Positions 19,466 to 30,380 are shown, numbered from the stretch's first letter. The stretch: 64,000 nt of DNA from Vicinamibacteria bacterium (GCA_963555995.3 OY821641.1:1824001-1888000); one strand, 5' to 3'. Translations and numbers: made by a program. Notes: generated by a model not told the origin, from the sequence alone.

Positions 19466-19987
19466 CTACCGCGGAACCCTCGTGCGCCGGAACCGGCCGA
19501 AGAAGAGGGGGAGCCACATCGCCGCCACTCCTCCCACCATCATCAGCCCCCCGACGAGCGGCCGCCACGACAGCAGCACGAAGCCCCCGGACAGCAGGTG
19601 GACCACGACACTCATGTAGCTGGACAGCACCACCAGCCGCATCGGGGAGTCCGAGGTCCGCATCGCGAAGAGCGGGAACATTTCGAGGACCGCGGTGAAC
19701 AGGGTGCTGCGGGCCAGGAGCGCCCACAGGTTGAGGTCCTCGCGAAAGGCCATTCCCACGATCGCGGAGAAGAGGGACGCCGCGAACGCCGACTGGTAGG
19801 GGCGGCGCCCGTCCAGCCAACGGATCATCAACGCCTTGAGCGGCGTGAACAGCGCCACCAGTCCCAGGGCGAGCAGGAAGTCCGCCGGATCTTCGATCGT
19901 GCCGGCCACCCGGACGGCCGCCAGGATGGTGAGCAGCCCCAGCGCCCCGAGGAGCGCGAATCGGGGGGAAGGGCTCGGCGCGTTCAC
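19466..19987 (-). CDS. Hypothetical integral membrane protein
   Basis: About 5-6 hydrophobic segments; start overlaps the lysA stop. Confidence 0.65.
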   Translation of the reverse strand: MNAPSPSPRFALLGALGLLTILAAVRVAGTIEDPADFLLALGLVALFTPLKALMIRWLDGRRPYQSAFAASLFSAIVGMAFREDLNLWALLARSTLFTAVLEMFPLFAMRTSDSPMRLVVLSSYMSVVVHLLSGGFVLLSWRPLVGGLMMVGGVAAMWLPLFFGRFRRTRVPR

Positions 19988-21288
19988 CAGGAAACCCCCG
20001 CCGGCTGCCGGCCGAGTTCGCGGGCGGCGAGGTCCGCCGGCGTCTCCGCGGGCCGGGCCAGGACCGCGCCTCCGTCCCGGACCACGACCTCGGCGGGCCG
20101 CGGACGCAGGTTGACGTTGGAAGCCATCGAGTAGCCGTAGGCGCCGGCGTCGAGCACGGCGAGCAGGTCTCCCGGCTCGGGGGGCGGCAGCGCGCGGTCA
20201 CGCGCGAAAGCGTCGCCGGACTCGCACACCCCGCCCACCACGTCGAAGATGCGCTCCGGTCCCGGGCGGGGGGCAACCGGCGCCACCCGGTGCCAGGCGC
20301 CGTAGAGCGCCGGCCGCAGGAAGTCGTTCATGCCCCCGTCCACCACGCAGAACTCCCGGGTTCCCGTCCGCTTGGTGTGGAGCACCCGGACCACGAGGGC
20401 GCCCGCCGGCCCGAAGAGCGCCCGTCCCGGCTCGAAGACGACCGCGGGGTCGGCATCGGCGCCTTCGCTCTCCAGGACCTCGCGGAGCGTTCCGAGGACC
20501 CGGGCGGCATAGGCGGACATCGGAATCTCTTCCTCCCCGTCCCGCTGCGGGATCCCGAGCCCGCCGCCGACGTCCACGACCCGCACCGGCAGACCCGCGC
20601 CGCGCAGCCGGGCGAACACCCTTCCGAGCCGCTCGGCGCTCCGCGCCAGCGTGGCGAGCTCCCGGATCTGGGACCCGACGTGCGCGTGGACCCCGAGGAT
20701 CTCCACACCCCGCCAGTCGCGGGCTCCGGAGGCCAGCGCGAGGAGGTCCGCCGCCGCCATCCCGAACTTGGCGGCGCGGGTGCCGGTGGCGATCTTCGGA
20801 TGGGTCGCGGCCTCGACCCCGGGATTGAGGCGGAGGAGGGCGCGGGCCCGGCGGCCGCGGCGAAGCGCCAGGCGGTTCAGGAGTTCCAGTTCGCCCCGCG
20901 ATTCGACCGAGACGAAGCGCACGCCGAGATCGAGCGCCGTATCGAGGTCCGCCGGGGTCTTGCCGACCCCGGACATCACGATGCGGTCTCCCGTGAACCC
21001 GAGCCCGTCGGCGACCAGCAGTTCGGCCGCCGAGACCGCCTCCACCCCCGCCCCCAGCTCCCGCAGCGGGGTCAGCAGCGCCGGGAGGGCGTTCGCCTTG
21101 AGCGCCACCGCGACGAGGTGCTCGGCGCCCGCGAGCGCCTCCTGGAGCGCGGCGAAACGCGCGACGACCGCGCGCGAGCTGTACACGTAGGCCGGGGTCC
21201 CGGCTCCCGCCTCGGCCAGCGCCGCGTCCAGGCACAGCCCGTCCGCAGCGAGGCGACCGTCCGTCCCGGGACGAAAAACGGAGTGCAA
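19984..21288 (-). CDS. lysA: Diaminopimelate decarboxylase
   Basis: TPAYVYS, ALKAN (PLP Lys), THPKIATG..AKFG, HAHVGSQ, DVGGGLG, EPGR, CESGD and AGAYGYSMASN. Start approximate. Confidence 0.92.
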   Translation of the reverse strand: MHSVFRPGTDGRLAADGLCLDAALAEAGAGTPAYVYSSRAVVARFAALQEALAGAEHLVAVALKANALPALLTPLRELGAGVEAVSAAELLVADGLGFTGDRIVMSGVGKTPADLDTALDLGVRFVSVESRGELELLNRLALRRGRRARALLRLNPGVEAATHPKIATGTRAAKFGMAAADLLALASGARDWRGVEILGVHAHVGSQIRELATLARSAERLGRVFARLRGAGLPVRVVDVGGGLGIPQRDGEEEIPMSAYAARVLGTLREVLESEGADADPAVVFEPGRALFGPAGALVVRVLHTKRTGTREFCVVDGGMNDFLRPALYGAWHRVAPVAPRPGPERIFDVVGGVCESGDAFARDRALPPPEPGDLLAVLDAGAYGYSMASNVNLRPRPAEVVVRDGGAVLARPAETPADLAARELGRQPAGVSW

Positions 21289-21437
21289 GGTTCTGGGAGC
21301 CTGGTCCCGGCCGGGCCGCGCGCCGATCCGCAAGGACTTCCGGCTCGGGAGGCGGCGGGGGCGCCTTCGCCGAGGGCCGCAGGGGGGTTCCGAATGTATC
21401 ATCGAGAGCCGTTTCGAGACGCCCGGAGGCTTTCCCC

Positions 21438-22634
21438 ATGACTCGATGGTTCCGATTCCCCGCTGCATCCGTCCTGTTCGTCGTCGCACTTGGCTGCGGT
21501 GGCGGCGCGGGAGAAACGCCCGAGGCCCCGGCGCCGGCGGGGGATCTCGGCCTCCCCTTCTCCGAATACCGGGAGAGCGGCGACCTCGTGTACCTGGCGG
21601 GCGCCCTCGGCAACGTGCCGGGAACGCTCGATCTCGTGCCGGGAGGCATCGAGGCGCAGGTCCGCCAGACGATGGACAACCTCGGCGCCACGCTGGAGAG
21701 CGCCGGGCTCGACTTCTCGCGGGTCGCGGCGGTCAATGTCTATCTCTCGGACGTCCGGCACTTCCAGGCGATGAACGGGGTGTACCGCGAGTACTTCCCG
21801 GAGGACCCCCCGACGCGGGCCACCGTCGAGGCGGGCATCGCGATCCCGGGGGCGCTCGTCGAGATCTCGATGGTGGCGGTGAAAGCCGGGGTCGAGCGCG
21901 AGGTGATCAACCCCGAGGCGATGAAGAGCCCGGAGCTTCCCTATTCCTGGGGGATCAGGGCGGGCGACACGCTCTTCGTCGCCGGCGCCACCGCCCGCGA
22001 CCCGGACACCTACCAGCCGGTCGCCGGGGGCGTCACCGAGCAGATGGCGCGCATCATGGGGAACATCGGGCTCGTCCTCGAAGCGGGGGGAATGGACTAC
22101 GCGGACGTCGCCAACTGCCGGGTGTTCCTCGATGACCCGCGCACCTTCGGCGAGATGAACGCGGCCTACCGGGAGTTCTTCCCCGAGGATCCCCCCACCC
22201 GCGCCACGGTCGAGGCCCGGCTCGCCAACCCGCTCTTCACGGCGGAAGTGCAGTGCGTGGCCTCAAGCGCCGAGCGGAGCGTGCTGGCGCCCGACGGTCC
22301 CCGCTCGGGAAGCCCGCTCTCGCCCGGTATCTGGGCCGGCGACCGGCTCTATCTCTCGGGCATGGTGGCGCCGGGCCCGGACCGCAGCGAGGACGCCGGG
22401 GACCAGACGCGCGCCGTGCTCGGGCGGCTGAGCGCCGCACTCGAGGCCGGCGGGCTGAGCTTCTCGGACGTGGACGACGCGATGGTCTACCTCGAGGACA
22501 TGCGCGACTACGCCGCGATGAACGAGGTGTACCGGGAGGTCGTCGGCGCCCCGTTCCCGCCCCGCGCCACGGTGGAGACCCAGATGATGGGCGCCGGCAT
22601 CAAGGTCGAGATCATGATGACCGCAACCCGGTAG
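21438..22634 (+). CDS. RidA/YjgF-family lipoprotein with three tandem domains
   Basis: Lipobox ALGC; three repeats each ending in MNxxYRExx...P(T/P)RATVE...E. Confidence 0.85.
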   Translation: MTRWFRFPAASVLFVVALGCGGGAGETPEAPAPAGDLGLPFSEYRESGDLVYLAGALGNVPGTLDLVPGGIEAQVRQTMDNLGATLESAGLDFSRVAAVNVYLSDVRHFQAMNGVYREYFPEDPPTRATVEAGIAIPGALVEISMVAVKAGVEREVINPEAMKSPELPYSWGIRAGDTLFVAGATARDPDTYQPVAGGVTEQMARIMGNIGLVLEAGGMDYADVANCRVFLDDPRTFGEMNAAYREFFPEDPPTRATVEARLANPLFTAEVQCVASSAERSVLAPDGPRSGSPLSPGIWAGDRLYLSGMVAPGPDRSEDAGDQTRAVLGRLSAALEAGGLSFSDVDDAMVYLEDMRDYAAMNEVYREVVGAPFPPRATVETQMMGAGIKVEIMMTATR

Positions 22635-22672
22635 GCAGTCGAGCCCGCACGTCGCAACCCCCACGGCGCAAC

Positions 22673-22919
22673 GGCTTGGAGCGCCGGCTTCAGCCGGCAC
22701 AGCCCGCCGCAGGCGGGCGCCGGGGCGGACCCCATCCGCGAGGATGGCGCGACGGCCGGGAACGCCGGCTTCAGCCGGCACAGCCCGCCGCAGGCGGGCG
22801 CCGGGACAGACCCCATCCGCGAGGATGGCGCGGCTGCGCGCGCCAATGCACCCGGGGCGGCGACGAACCGTCCGCGACCCTGCGGGCCGCGGCGCCGGCT
22901 GAAGCCGGCGTTCCAAGCC
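22673..22919. repeat. REPIN-like element with an internal direct duplication of about 80 bp
   Basis: Two direct copies of GCCGGCTTCAGCCGGCACAGCCCGCCGCAGGCGGGCGCCGGG..GACCCCATCCGCGAGGATGGCGCG, closed by an inverted type-A end. Confidence 0.85.
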
Positions 22920-23004
22920 GGCGGCGCCATCACGGCGCTGGCCAACCCCGCTCGACCGCGTTTTCACAGCGGGGGCCGCGTGGATTTCACCACCGGCATT
23001 GCCG

Positions 23005-24114
23005 CTACGCGTCGTCGAAGGAGACCGTCTTCAGCAGCGCGAACACCTCGCGGCCGGGTTCGAGCCCGAGCTCGGAGGCGGCGTCCCGGGTGATCCGGGC
23101 CACGAGCCGCTGATCCGCGATCGCGACGCCCACTTCGGTGAAGGGAGTCTCCGGCAGGCCGCGCACCTCGACGATGCGGCCGCGCAGCACGTTCCGGATG
23201 CTGATCGCGGTCGGCGCCTCCGTGGCGAGCGCCACGTCCCGGGCCCGCACCCGCAGGCGCGCCTCGGTTCCGGTCGGACGCTCGGCGCCCGGGACCCGGA
23301 GGCGCTGTCCGCCGAGGTCGAGCTCCGACAGCCCGAGGGCCGGAAGCCGCGCCCGGACGGTCGCCGTCAGCACGCTGCCGGCCTCGAACCGCGAGAGCAG
23401 ATCGCCGGCCGGCAGGTGATGGATCGCCCGCGCGGCCGGGGCCGCGCCGGTGACGGAGCCGCTCGCGATCGGGGCGATCCGGTGCGCGACGTCCACCACC
23501 TCCCCGAGGTCGTGGCTGACGTAGAGGATCACCATGCCGGACGCCTCGCCCAGGGCGCGCAGCCAGGGCAGGATGGCCGCGCGGGCCGGGCGGTGGAGGC
23601 CCGACAGGGGCTCGTCGAGCAGGAGCGCCGCGGGACGCGCGAGCAGCGCCCGCGCCAGCGAAACGCGCTGGCGCTCACCCCCCGAGAGCCCCCGCGGCAG
23701 GCGCCCGAGCTGCCCGTCGAGTCCGAGACGTTCCACGACCCCGGCGAAGGAAACGAGCGGGTCCGCTTCCGGCTCGCCGCTGCGGCGCTCGGCGTAGCGG
23801 AGGTTGCCCTCGACGGTGAGGTGATCGAACAGGGCCGGCTCCTGGAAGGCGAACCCGATCCGCCGGCGATGCGCCGGCACGAAGACGCCGCGGCGGTCGT
23901 CCTGCCAGGTGGCCGGCCCGAGGGCGAGCCGTCCGGGAAGGCGGGTGAGGCCGGCGACCGCGCGGAGGAGCGTCGTCTTGCCGCTGCCGGAAGGACCGAA
24001 GATCGCGGTCGTTTCCCCGGCCCGGGCCTCGAAGGCCGCCTCGATTCGCAGTTCTCCGACCGCTCCCCGCAGCCCCACTTCGAGCGCGCCGGGCGCGGCG
24101 CCCGAGCCGGTCAC
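23005..24114 (-). CDS. modC: Molybdate ABC transporter ATP-binding protein
   Basis: [28 protein letters not shown] and a C-terminal TOBE domain (ISIRNVL...VFALLK). Confidence 0.92.
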   Translation of the reverse strand: MTGSGAAPGALEVGLRGAVGELRIEAAFEARAGETTAIFGPSGSGKTTLLRAVAGLTRLPGRLALGPATWQDDRRGVFVPAHRRRIGFAFQEPALFDHLTVEGNLRYAERRSGEPEADPLVSFAGVVERLGLDGQLGRLPRGLSGGERQRVSLARALLARPAALLLDEPLSGLHRPARAAILPWLRALGEASGMVILYVSHDLGEVVDVAHRIAPIASGSVTGAAPAARAIHHLPAGDLLSRFEAGSVLTATVRARLPALGLSELDLGGQRLRVPGAERPTGTEARLRVRARDVALATEAPTAISIRNVLRGRIVEVRGLPETPFTEVGVAIADQRLVARITRDAASELGLEPGREVFALLKTVSFDDA

Positions 24115-24791
24115 CGGTCCCCGCCTCCCATCTTCCTCTGGAGGCTGAGGGTCAGCGCCACCACCACGAAGGAAAACGCCAGCAGGCTCCCGGAAAGCAG
24201 GTGCGCCGTGCCCCACTCCATGAGTTCCACGTGGTCGTAGATGGCGATGGACAACACCCGGGTGGCGCCCGGAATGTTGCCGCCGATCATCAGGATGACC
24301 CCGAACTCTCCGACGGTGTGGGCGAAACCGAGCACCGCGCCGGCGATCAGGCCGGGCCGGGCGAGCGGTACCGCGACGGTCCAGAAGGCGTCCCAGGGTG
24401 AGGCGCGGAGCGTGGCGGCCGCCTCCAGCGGACGGTCGCCCACCGCTTCGAAGGCGCTGCGGATGGGCTGCACGGTGAACGGCAGCGAATAGATGACCGA
24501 CCCGATCACGAGGCCCGGGAAGGAGAACGCGAGGGACCGGTCGCCGAACAGCCGGGCGACGAAACCCCCGGGCCCGTCGGGACCCAGGGCGATCAGCAGG
24601 TAGAAGCCGAGCACGGTGGGCGGCAGGACGAGCGGAAGCGCGACCAGCGCCGCCACCGCTTCCCGGAAACGGAACCGCGTCCTGGCCAACCACCAGGCGA
24701 TCGGGGTCCCGAGGAGCAGCAGGAAGACCGTCGTCATCCCCGCCAGCTCGAGGGTGAGCCGGACGGGCGGCCAGAGGGTCTCGGCGTTCAC
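24111..24791 (-). CDS. modB: Molybdate ABC transporter permease
   Basis: [24 protein letters not shown] and GGNIPG. Confidence 0.95.
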   Translation of the reverse strand: MNAETLWPPVRLTLELAGMTTVFLLLLGTPIAWWLARTRFRFREAVAALVALPLVLPPTVLGFYLLIALGPDGPGGFVARLFGDRSLAFSFPGLVIGSVIYSLPFTVQPIRSAFEAVGDRPLEAAATLRASPWDAFWTVAVPLARPGLIAGAVLGFAHTVGEFGVILMIGGNIPGATRVLSIAIYDHVELMEWGTAHLLSGSLLAFSFVVVALTLSLQRKMGGGDR

Positions 24792-25579
24792 GGTCCGCGG
24801 CGTCCGCCGGGCGCCGTCTGTTCGGTGCGGTAGCCGTGCCGGCGAAGGATTTCCCGGGCGGTCGCCGACCCGAGGAAATCGAGGAAGCGGGCGGCGGCCG
24901 GGTTGTCGCGGCCGGCCTCGAGCAGCACCGCCTGCTGCCGGATGGGGGCGTGGAGGTGTTCGGGGACGAGCCACCGGGACCCGTCCGCGCTCCGGACAAC
25001 CTGGGAGAGGGCGAGGAACCCCAGCTCGGCGTTGCCGGTACGGACGAACTGGTGCGCCTGGGACACGTTCATGCCGATGACCTGACGGTCCCGCACGACG
25101 TCTTCGACCCCGAGCGCCCGGGCCGCCTCGAGCGCCGCTCGGCCGTAGGGGGCGAGCGCCGGATTCGCCAGCGCGATGCGCCGGAGGCCGGGGTCCCGGA
25201 GGGCGTCAGGGCCGGCGACCCGCCCCGTGTCCGTGCTGAAGAGCACGAGCCTCCCCACCGCGTAGGTCCGGCGGCTGCCGGGAACGGCGAGTCCCTCGCG
25301 CTCCGCGAGCTCCGGGCGCGCCTCGTCGGCCGCGAGGAACACCTCGAAGGGAGCGCCCTGGAGGATCTGGGCGTAGAGCTGGCCAGTCGAGCCGAAGCTG
25401 AGGAGCGCGCGGTCTCCGGTGGCGTCCTCGAACGCGGCGGCGATCTCGCGAGCGGCCGCGGTGAAGTTGGCGGCCACCGCCACCGTGACGATATTGACGC
25501 CCGGTGGTGTCCCTGCGAACGCGGCTCCGGCGAGCAGGTGCACGATCAGGATCGCGGACGGCAGGGCGGGTCGCGTCAT
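24788..25579 (-). CDS. modA: Molybdate ABC transporter substrate-binding protein
   Basis: [30 protein letters not shown] and ALANP..APYG. Confidence 0.93.
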   Translation of the reverse strand: MTRPALPSAILIVHLLAGAAFAGTPPGVNIVTVAVAANFTAAAREIAAAFEDATGDRALLSFGSTGQLYAQILQGAPFEVFLAADEARPELAEREGLAVPGSRRTYAVGRLVLFSTDTGRVAGPDALRDPGLRRIALANPALAPYGRAALEAARALGVEDVVRDRQVIGMNVSQAHQFVRTGNAELGFLALSQVVRSADGSRWLVPEHLHAPIRQQAVLLEAGRDNPAAARFLDFLGSATAREILRRHGYRTEQTAPGGRRGP

Positions 25580-25614
25580 CGCTTCGACCTGACGGACGTC
25601 GGGCCTGCGGACAC

Positions 25615-25865
25615 GGCTTGGAACGCCGGCTTCAGCCGGCACCGCGGGCCGAAGGTCCGCGGACGTCGTGCCGGCATCCGCGGTGATGGACCGCGAGCCG
25701 AACGCCATAGCCCGGGACAGCGTCGTGCCGTCCGCTGCGCTCCGCGCCGCGGGTGCCGGCTGAAGCCGGCGCTCCAAGCCGACGCGTCCTCCGCGCAGAT
25801 CAGCCATACGTCGGTCCGCTGCGCTCCGCGCAGCGGGTGCCGGCTGAAGCCGGCGTTCCAGCCGG
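25615..25865. repeat. REPIN-like element (type A, interior II) plus an extra right-end copy
   Basis: Inverted pair at 25615-25780 and a third REP arm at about 25815-25863. Confidence 0.85.
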
Positions 25866-25878
25866 TGTGTCATACGGA

Positions 25879-27561
25879 TCAGGAGCCTGTCCGGCCGGGG
25901 CCTGGGCAGTCCCGGGGTTCCACCAGCAGCAGGTAGCGGCCGGGGGCCGCCTCAATTTCGTGTTCGCAGCCCGAGAGCCAGCGCACCCGCACCCGGAAGG
26001 GGCCGGCCTCGGATCCCAGGCCGAAGAGAACGCGGGGATCGCTTGAAGCGAGGTAGCTCCCCGCCGACCGTGCCTCCCGCACCCGGGAGCCGCCGTCGCC
26101 GGTCAGGACGAGCCGGGTCCCAACGCCGTCGCGCGGGCTCCGGCGACCCACCAGCCGGAACCCCGCCCAGGCGGCGGCGGTGTCGGTGTCGTTGCGGAAG
26201 AGCGCCGGCGAGCCGTTCATGACGGTCGCGAGCAGGTCGGGGTCGCCGTCGTCGTCGTAGTCGGCGAAGGCCGCGCCGCGGTACACGCGCGGGACCTCGA
26301 GCGCGGTCGGCGGGACCTCGTCGAAACCGCCGTCCGTCCGGTTCCGGAAGACGAGGCCCCGCTGGGCGTAGTCGCTCTCGGTGATGCCTCCCTCGACCTC
26401 GGGATAGACGTGCCCGTTCAGGACCACCAGGTCCAGCCAGCCGTCCCGGTCCAGGTCGCGGAACCCGGTCCCCCAGCCGAGATAGGGATAGCTCGGTTCG
26501 GCCACCCCGGCGGCGAACGACTCGTCGAGGAACCAGCCCCCTCCCACCGCCCGGTAGATGGTGTTGTAGTCATGGGAGAAGTTCGTGACCACGATGTCGA
26601 GCTGCCCGTCGTTGTCGTAGTCGCCGAGGTCCACCCCCATGCCCGCCTGCGCGCGGCCGTCCTCGTTGTAGGCGACCCCCGCGGCAAGGCCCACATCGGT
26701 GAAGTCGAACCCCCGGGCACCGGTGTCGTTCCGGTAGAGGTTGTTGGGGGTCTGGTCGTTCGCCACGTAGACGTCGAGGTCCCCGTCGTCGTCGAGATCG
26801 CCGAACACGACCCCGAGACCGAAGTACCGCTCCGCGCCGATCGCCTGCCCCTCCACCCGCGTGAAGCGGCCGTCGGGAAGTCCCCGGTAGAGGAGGGCCG
26901 GCGCCGGGGTCAGGCCGTTCGGGCCGCACATCACCGGCAGCCCCCGGAAGAAGCAGAACGGCTCTTCTCCCGGCCGTGGTGTCTCCTCCACCCGGAAGTC
27001 CACGTAGTTCACGACCACGAGGTCGGAGACGCCGTCCCGGTCCAGGTCGCCGAACGCGGCCCCCGCCCCCCACTGCGGATCGTCCAGCCCCACCTCCCGG
27101 CCGACCTCCGCGAACGTCCCGTCGCCCCGGTTCCGGTAGAAGAGGTTCCTCCCGTAGCGCGTGACCAGGAGATCGAGGTCGCCGTCGTTGTCGTGGTCCA
27201 CGACGAACGCGCCCTGCCCCCAGCCGTAGGACTCGAGCCCGGCGGGGCCCGTCACCTCCCGGAAGCGCCCGCCGCCCTCGTTCCGGAACAGCGCGTTCGA
27301 AAGGCTCTGGCTCGCGTCGTACCCGAGGCGGGACCCGTTGACGAGGAACAGGTCCAGGTCCTCGTCGCCGTCGTAGTCGAAGAACGCCGCGCCGGTCCCG
27401 GTCGTCTCGAGGATGAAGTCCTTGCTGCGGACGCCGCCGTACATGTTGATGAAACGGATGCCCGACGCCTCCGCCACCTCGGTGAAACGGATGTCCGGCT
27501 GGGCGGACACGACCGCCGCCAGCACGAGGAGGGCCCCGGCCATGGCGCTGACGGCCTTCAT
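25879..27561 (-). CDS. CRTAC1 / ASPIC-UnbV family FG-GAP repeat protein
   Basis: Signal peptide, repeated DxDxDGDxD motifs, GMGVDLGDYDNDG and C-terminal GSYLASSDPRVLFGLG. Confidence 0.9.
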   Translation of the reverse strand: MKAVSAMAGALLVLAAVVSAQPDIRFTEVAEASGIRFINMYGGVRSKDFILETTGTGAAFFDYDGDEDLDLFLVNGSRLGYDASQSLSNALFRNEGGGRFREVTGPAGLESYGWGQGAFVVDHDNDGDLDLLVTRYGRNLFYRNRGDGTFAEVGREVGLDDPQWGAGAAFGDLDRDGVSDLVVVNYVDFRVEETPRPGEEPFCFFRGLPVMCGPNGLTPAPALLYRGLPDGRFTRVEGQAIGAERYFGLGVVFGDLDDDGDLDVYVANDQTPNNLYRNDTGARGFDFTDVGLAAGVAYNEDGRAQAGMGVDLGDYDNDGQLDIVVTNFSHDYNTIYRAVGGGWFLDESFAAGVAEPSYPYLGWGTGFRDLDRDGWLDLVVLNGHVYPEVEGGITESDYAQRGLVFRNRTDGGFDEVPPTALEVPRVYRGAAFADYDDDGDPDLLATVMNGSPALFRNDTDTAAAWAGFRLVGRRSPRDGVGTRLVLTGDGGSRVREARSAGSYLASSDPRVLFGLGSEAGPFRVRVRWLSGCEHEIEAAPGRYLLLVEPRDCPGPGRTGS

Positions 27562-29249
27562 CGCACCGCTCCGGCCCCGATCCCGATGCTCGCGACGCGC
27601 CCGGCGCCTTCCTTGAGGACGTGGACCGCTCCCGCCGGCAGGAGTCCGAGGGACTCCTCCTTCCCCGACGGCCAGCGAACGCTGACCTCGCTCGCGCCTG
27701 CCGCCGGGCCGAGACCGAACCAGAGCACCGGATCGTGCTGGGAGAGGTAGCTCGCCCCCGCCCGCCGCTCCTCCTCCTGCCGCACGCCGCCCCCTGCGAG
27801 CCGGACGCGCGCGCCGATTCCCTCCCGGTTCCCCTCGGCGCCGATCAGCAGCAGACCCACAGTGTTGCCGGCCTCGGCCCCACCCCGGTTCTCGAGGAGT
27901 TCCGCCGGGCCGCGGTTGTTGGCGAGCACGAGGTCGAGGTCCCCGTCGAGGTCGTAGTCGAGGGTGGCGAGGCCCCGGCCCACCCGGGGCCGGGCGAAGT
28001 CGCCCTCGCTCCGGCGGCGGCGCCGGAGCCGCCCGCGGTCGTTCCCGAACACCTGGCCGGGCTGGGCGAAGGTCAGGTTCGACTGGATCCTGGCGATGTT
28101 GTCGAGGATGTGGCCGTTCGCGACCACCAGGTCGAGCCAGCCGTCGTTGTCGAAGTCGGCGAGGTCGCAGCCGAAGGCCAACTCGGTGAGGCTCTCGCTC
28201 CCGAGTCCGAACGACGCCGTCGCGTCGAGGAAGAGGCCCCCGCCGAGGTTCCGGTAGAGCGTGTTCGTCTCGAAATCGAAGTTCGTGACCACGAGGTCCA
28301 TGCGCCCGTCGCGGTCCACGTCCCCGAAGTCGTTCCCCATGCCGGCTTCGGGAAGGCCCTCCTCGTTGTACGCGACCCCCGACGCGAGCCCCTCCTCGAA
28401 GAACCCGACGCCACCCGGCCCGGCCGTCGTCCGGAACAGGAAGTTGGGGGTGGTGTCGTTCGCCACGTGCACATCGGGCGCGCCGTCCCCTCCCAGGTCG
28501 CTGACCACCACGCCGAGACCCTTCCCGTCCTCGGAGCCGGGCACCGGAGACGCCCGGAAGGTCCCGTCGCCCAGATTCTCGAAGAAAGAATCGGCCGCGC
28601 CCGGGTACTCCTGCGGGTGGCAGTAGGCGAGCAGTTCCCGGACCGGGCTGACGCAGTCCCGGTGCCGCTCGATCGCGTAGTCGAGGTAGTTCGCGGCGTA
28701 GACGTCGAGGTCCCCGTCGCGGTCCGGATCGAAGAGCGCCGCGCTCGTGGTCCAGCGGGGGTCGGTCGCGCCGGCCGCGCCGGACGCTTCCCGGAAGGTG
28801 CCGTCCCCCCGGTTCCAGAAGAGCCGCTCCTCCCCGAAGTGGGTAACCAGCAGGTCCGGATCGCCGTCGCCGTCGAGGTCGCCCGCGACCGCGCCCATAC
28901 CGTAGCGGAGCCGGTCCGGCGGATCGAGAAGCCCGGCGGCTTCGGTGCGGTCCCGGAAGGTGCCGTCTCCGCGGTTCCGGAAGAGGCGGTTTCCGACCGT
29001 GGCCCCGCCCGGGTCGCCCGGCAGCGGATGCCCGTTCACGAAGAAGAGATCGGGCCACCCGTCGCCGTCGTAGTCGAGCACCGCGACGCCCGACCCCACG
29101 ATCTCGATCACGTAGCGCCGGCCGCTCCCCCCGTCCTCGTGGTGGAACCGGATTCCGGCTTCCTCGGTCCGGTCCACGAAGACGAAGTTCTCGGCCGCCG
29201 CCGGCGCCGCGGCGAGCAGCGCGGCGAACCCGAAGCGGAGGTGCGCCAT
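27558..29249 (-). CDS. CRTAC1 / ASPIC-UnbV family FG-GAP repeat protein
   Basis: GSGVAVLDYDGDGWPD, VANDTTPN and SYLSQHDPVLWFGLG. Confidence 0.9.
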   Translation of the reverse strand: MAHLRFGFAALLAAAPAAAENFVFVDRTEEAGIRFHHEDGGSGRRYVIEIVGSGVAVLDYDGDGWPDLFFVNGHPLPGDPGGATVGNRLFRNRGDGTFRDRTEAAGLLDPPDRLRYGMGAVAGDLDGDGDPDLLVTHFGEERLFWNRGDGTFREASGAAGATDPRWTTSAALFDPDRDGDLDVYAANYLDYAIERHRDCVSPVRELLAYCHPQEYPGAADSFFENLGDGTFRASPVPGSEDGKGLGVVVSDLGGDGAPDVHVANDTTPNFLFRTTAGPGGVGFFEEGLASGVAYNEEGLPEAGMGNDFGDVDRDGRMDLVVTNFDFETNTLYRNLGGGLFLDATASFGLGSESLTELAFGCDLADFDNDGWLDLVVANGHILDNIARIQSNLTFAQPGQVFGNDRGRLRRRRRSEGDFARPRVGRGLATLDYDLDGDLDLVLANNRGPAELLENRGGAEAGNTVGLLLIGAEGNREGIGARVRLAGGGVRQEEERRAGASYLSQHDPVLWFGLGPAAGASEVSVRWPSGKEESLGLLPAGAVHVLKEGAGRVASIGIGAGAVR

Positions 29250-30181
29250 CAGCGCGGGCGGGCCTTCGCGCGGGTGCGGGAAAGCGAGCGTCCGGGTTCC
29301 TCCCCCGCCGCCGCGGCCTCGGCGAACCGGCGGCGCACCGCGGCCGCCTCTTCCGGGCGCCCGAGCAGCGCCAGCGCGGCGGCGAGGTTGTAGAGCGCCT
29401 GACGGTGGCCGGGGTTCGCCGCCAGCGCGGCCTCGAAGGAGGCGACGGCGCGTTCCGGGCGGCCCGCCTCCAGTTCGAGCCTCCCGAGCCCCACGAGGGC
29501 GGCCGGCAGTCCGGGCGCCTCGGCGAGCGCCGCCCGGTAGGCCTCCCGGGCCTCTTCCGGACGCCCCAACTGGGAGAGCGTGCGCCCGAGCGCCACGTGG
29601 GCCTCGACGTTCCGGGGATCCAGGACCACCGCCTTCCCGAAGGCTTCCGCCGCCGGCTCCAGCGCCCCGAGGGCGGCTTCCGCCAGCCCCAGGTAGAAGG
29701 GGGCCTGCGCGTTGTTCGGCGCCACCGCCCGCGCCCGGCGCAGGACCGCGCGGGCGGAAATGCCATCGAGCCTCGTGTAGTGGGTGTACCCGAGCTGGAC
29801 GAGGATGGGAGCGGCGCGCGGGAAGCGCTTCGCGCCCTCCAGAAGGACATCCACCGCCTCGCCCGAGGCGCCCGTCCGCAGGAGCGCCGTGCCGAGCGAC
29901 AGCGTCAGCGCCGGATTCGGGGTTTCCGCCAGGGACTCCGCCCGGCGGAGCGCGTCCACCGCCTCTTCCGGCCGGTCGTCCTGGAGGAGCGCGACTCCCA
30001 GGTAGTAGTGGGACCGGGAGTCCGGAGCCGCCGCCACCAGCCGGCGGAACGATTCCACCGCCGCCCGGGGGTTCCCGGCATCGAGCCAGCGCTGGCCGGT
30101 GCGCAGCAGGGCCTCGGGGTCCTGGCCGCCGAACCCCACCGCCGCCGAGAGCAGCAGCGCGGCCGTTAGCGAACGGATCAC
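29249..30181 (-). CDS. Secreted tetratricopeptide-repeat protein
   Basis: Signal peptide VIRSLTAALLLSAAV and repeated TPR consensus; the longer ORF start lies within a repeat element. Confidence 0.8.
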   Translation of the reverse strand: MIRSLTAALLLSAAVGFGGQDPEALLRTGQRWLDAGNPRAAVESFRRLVAAAPDSRSHYYLGVALLQDDRPEEAVDALRRAESLAETPNPALTLSLGTALLRTGASGEAVDVLLEGAKRFPRAAPILVQLGYTHYTRLDGISARAVLRRARAVAPNNAQAPFYLGLAEAALGALEPAAEAFGKAVVLDPRNVEAHVALGRTLSQLGRPEEAREAYRAALAEAPGLPAALVGLGRLELEAGRPERAVASFEAALAANPGHRQALYNLAAALALLGRPEEAAAVRRRFAEAAAAGEEPGRSLSRTRAKARPR

Positions 30182-30201
30182 GCGCGGAGCGCCGGGGTAC
30201 C

Positions 30202-30380
30202 GGGAGCGCCGGTCTTCAGACCGGCATCGTCTCCCGCAGGGAGACGAAACTCCCATGCTTCGTCTGCCGCCTGGCAGGGCGTCACCCGAGACGGCGTTAC
30301 GCCAGGCGGCAGCGTGATCACGGGAATTTCGCCCGTCCTCCGGACGGGCGATGCCGGTCTGAAGACCGGCGCTCCCAGCC
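30202..30380. repeat. REPIN-like element (type B)
   Basis: GGGAGCGCCGGTCTTCAGACCGGCATC ... GATGCCGGTCTGAAGACCGGCGCTCCC. Confidence 0.85.

Noticed and set aside
25879-29850. 1323-aa single ORF
   Set aside because: Only 25879-27561 is coding; the upstream part is an off-frame overlap of the neighbouring CRTAC1 and TPR genes.
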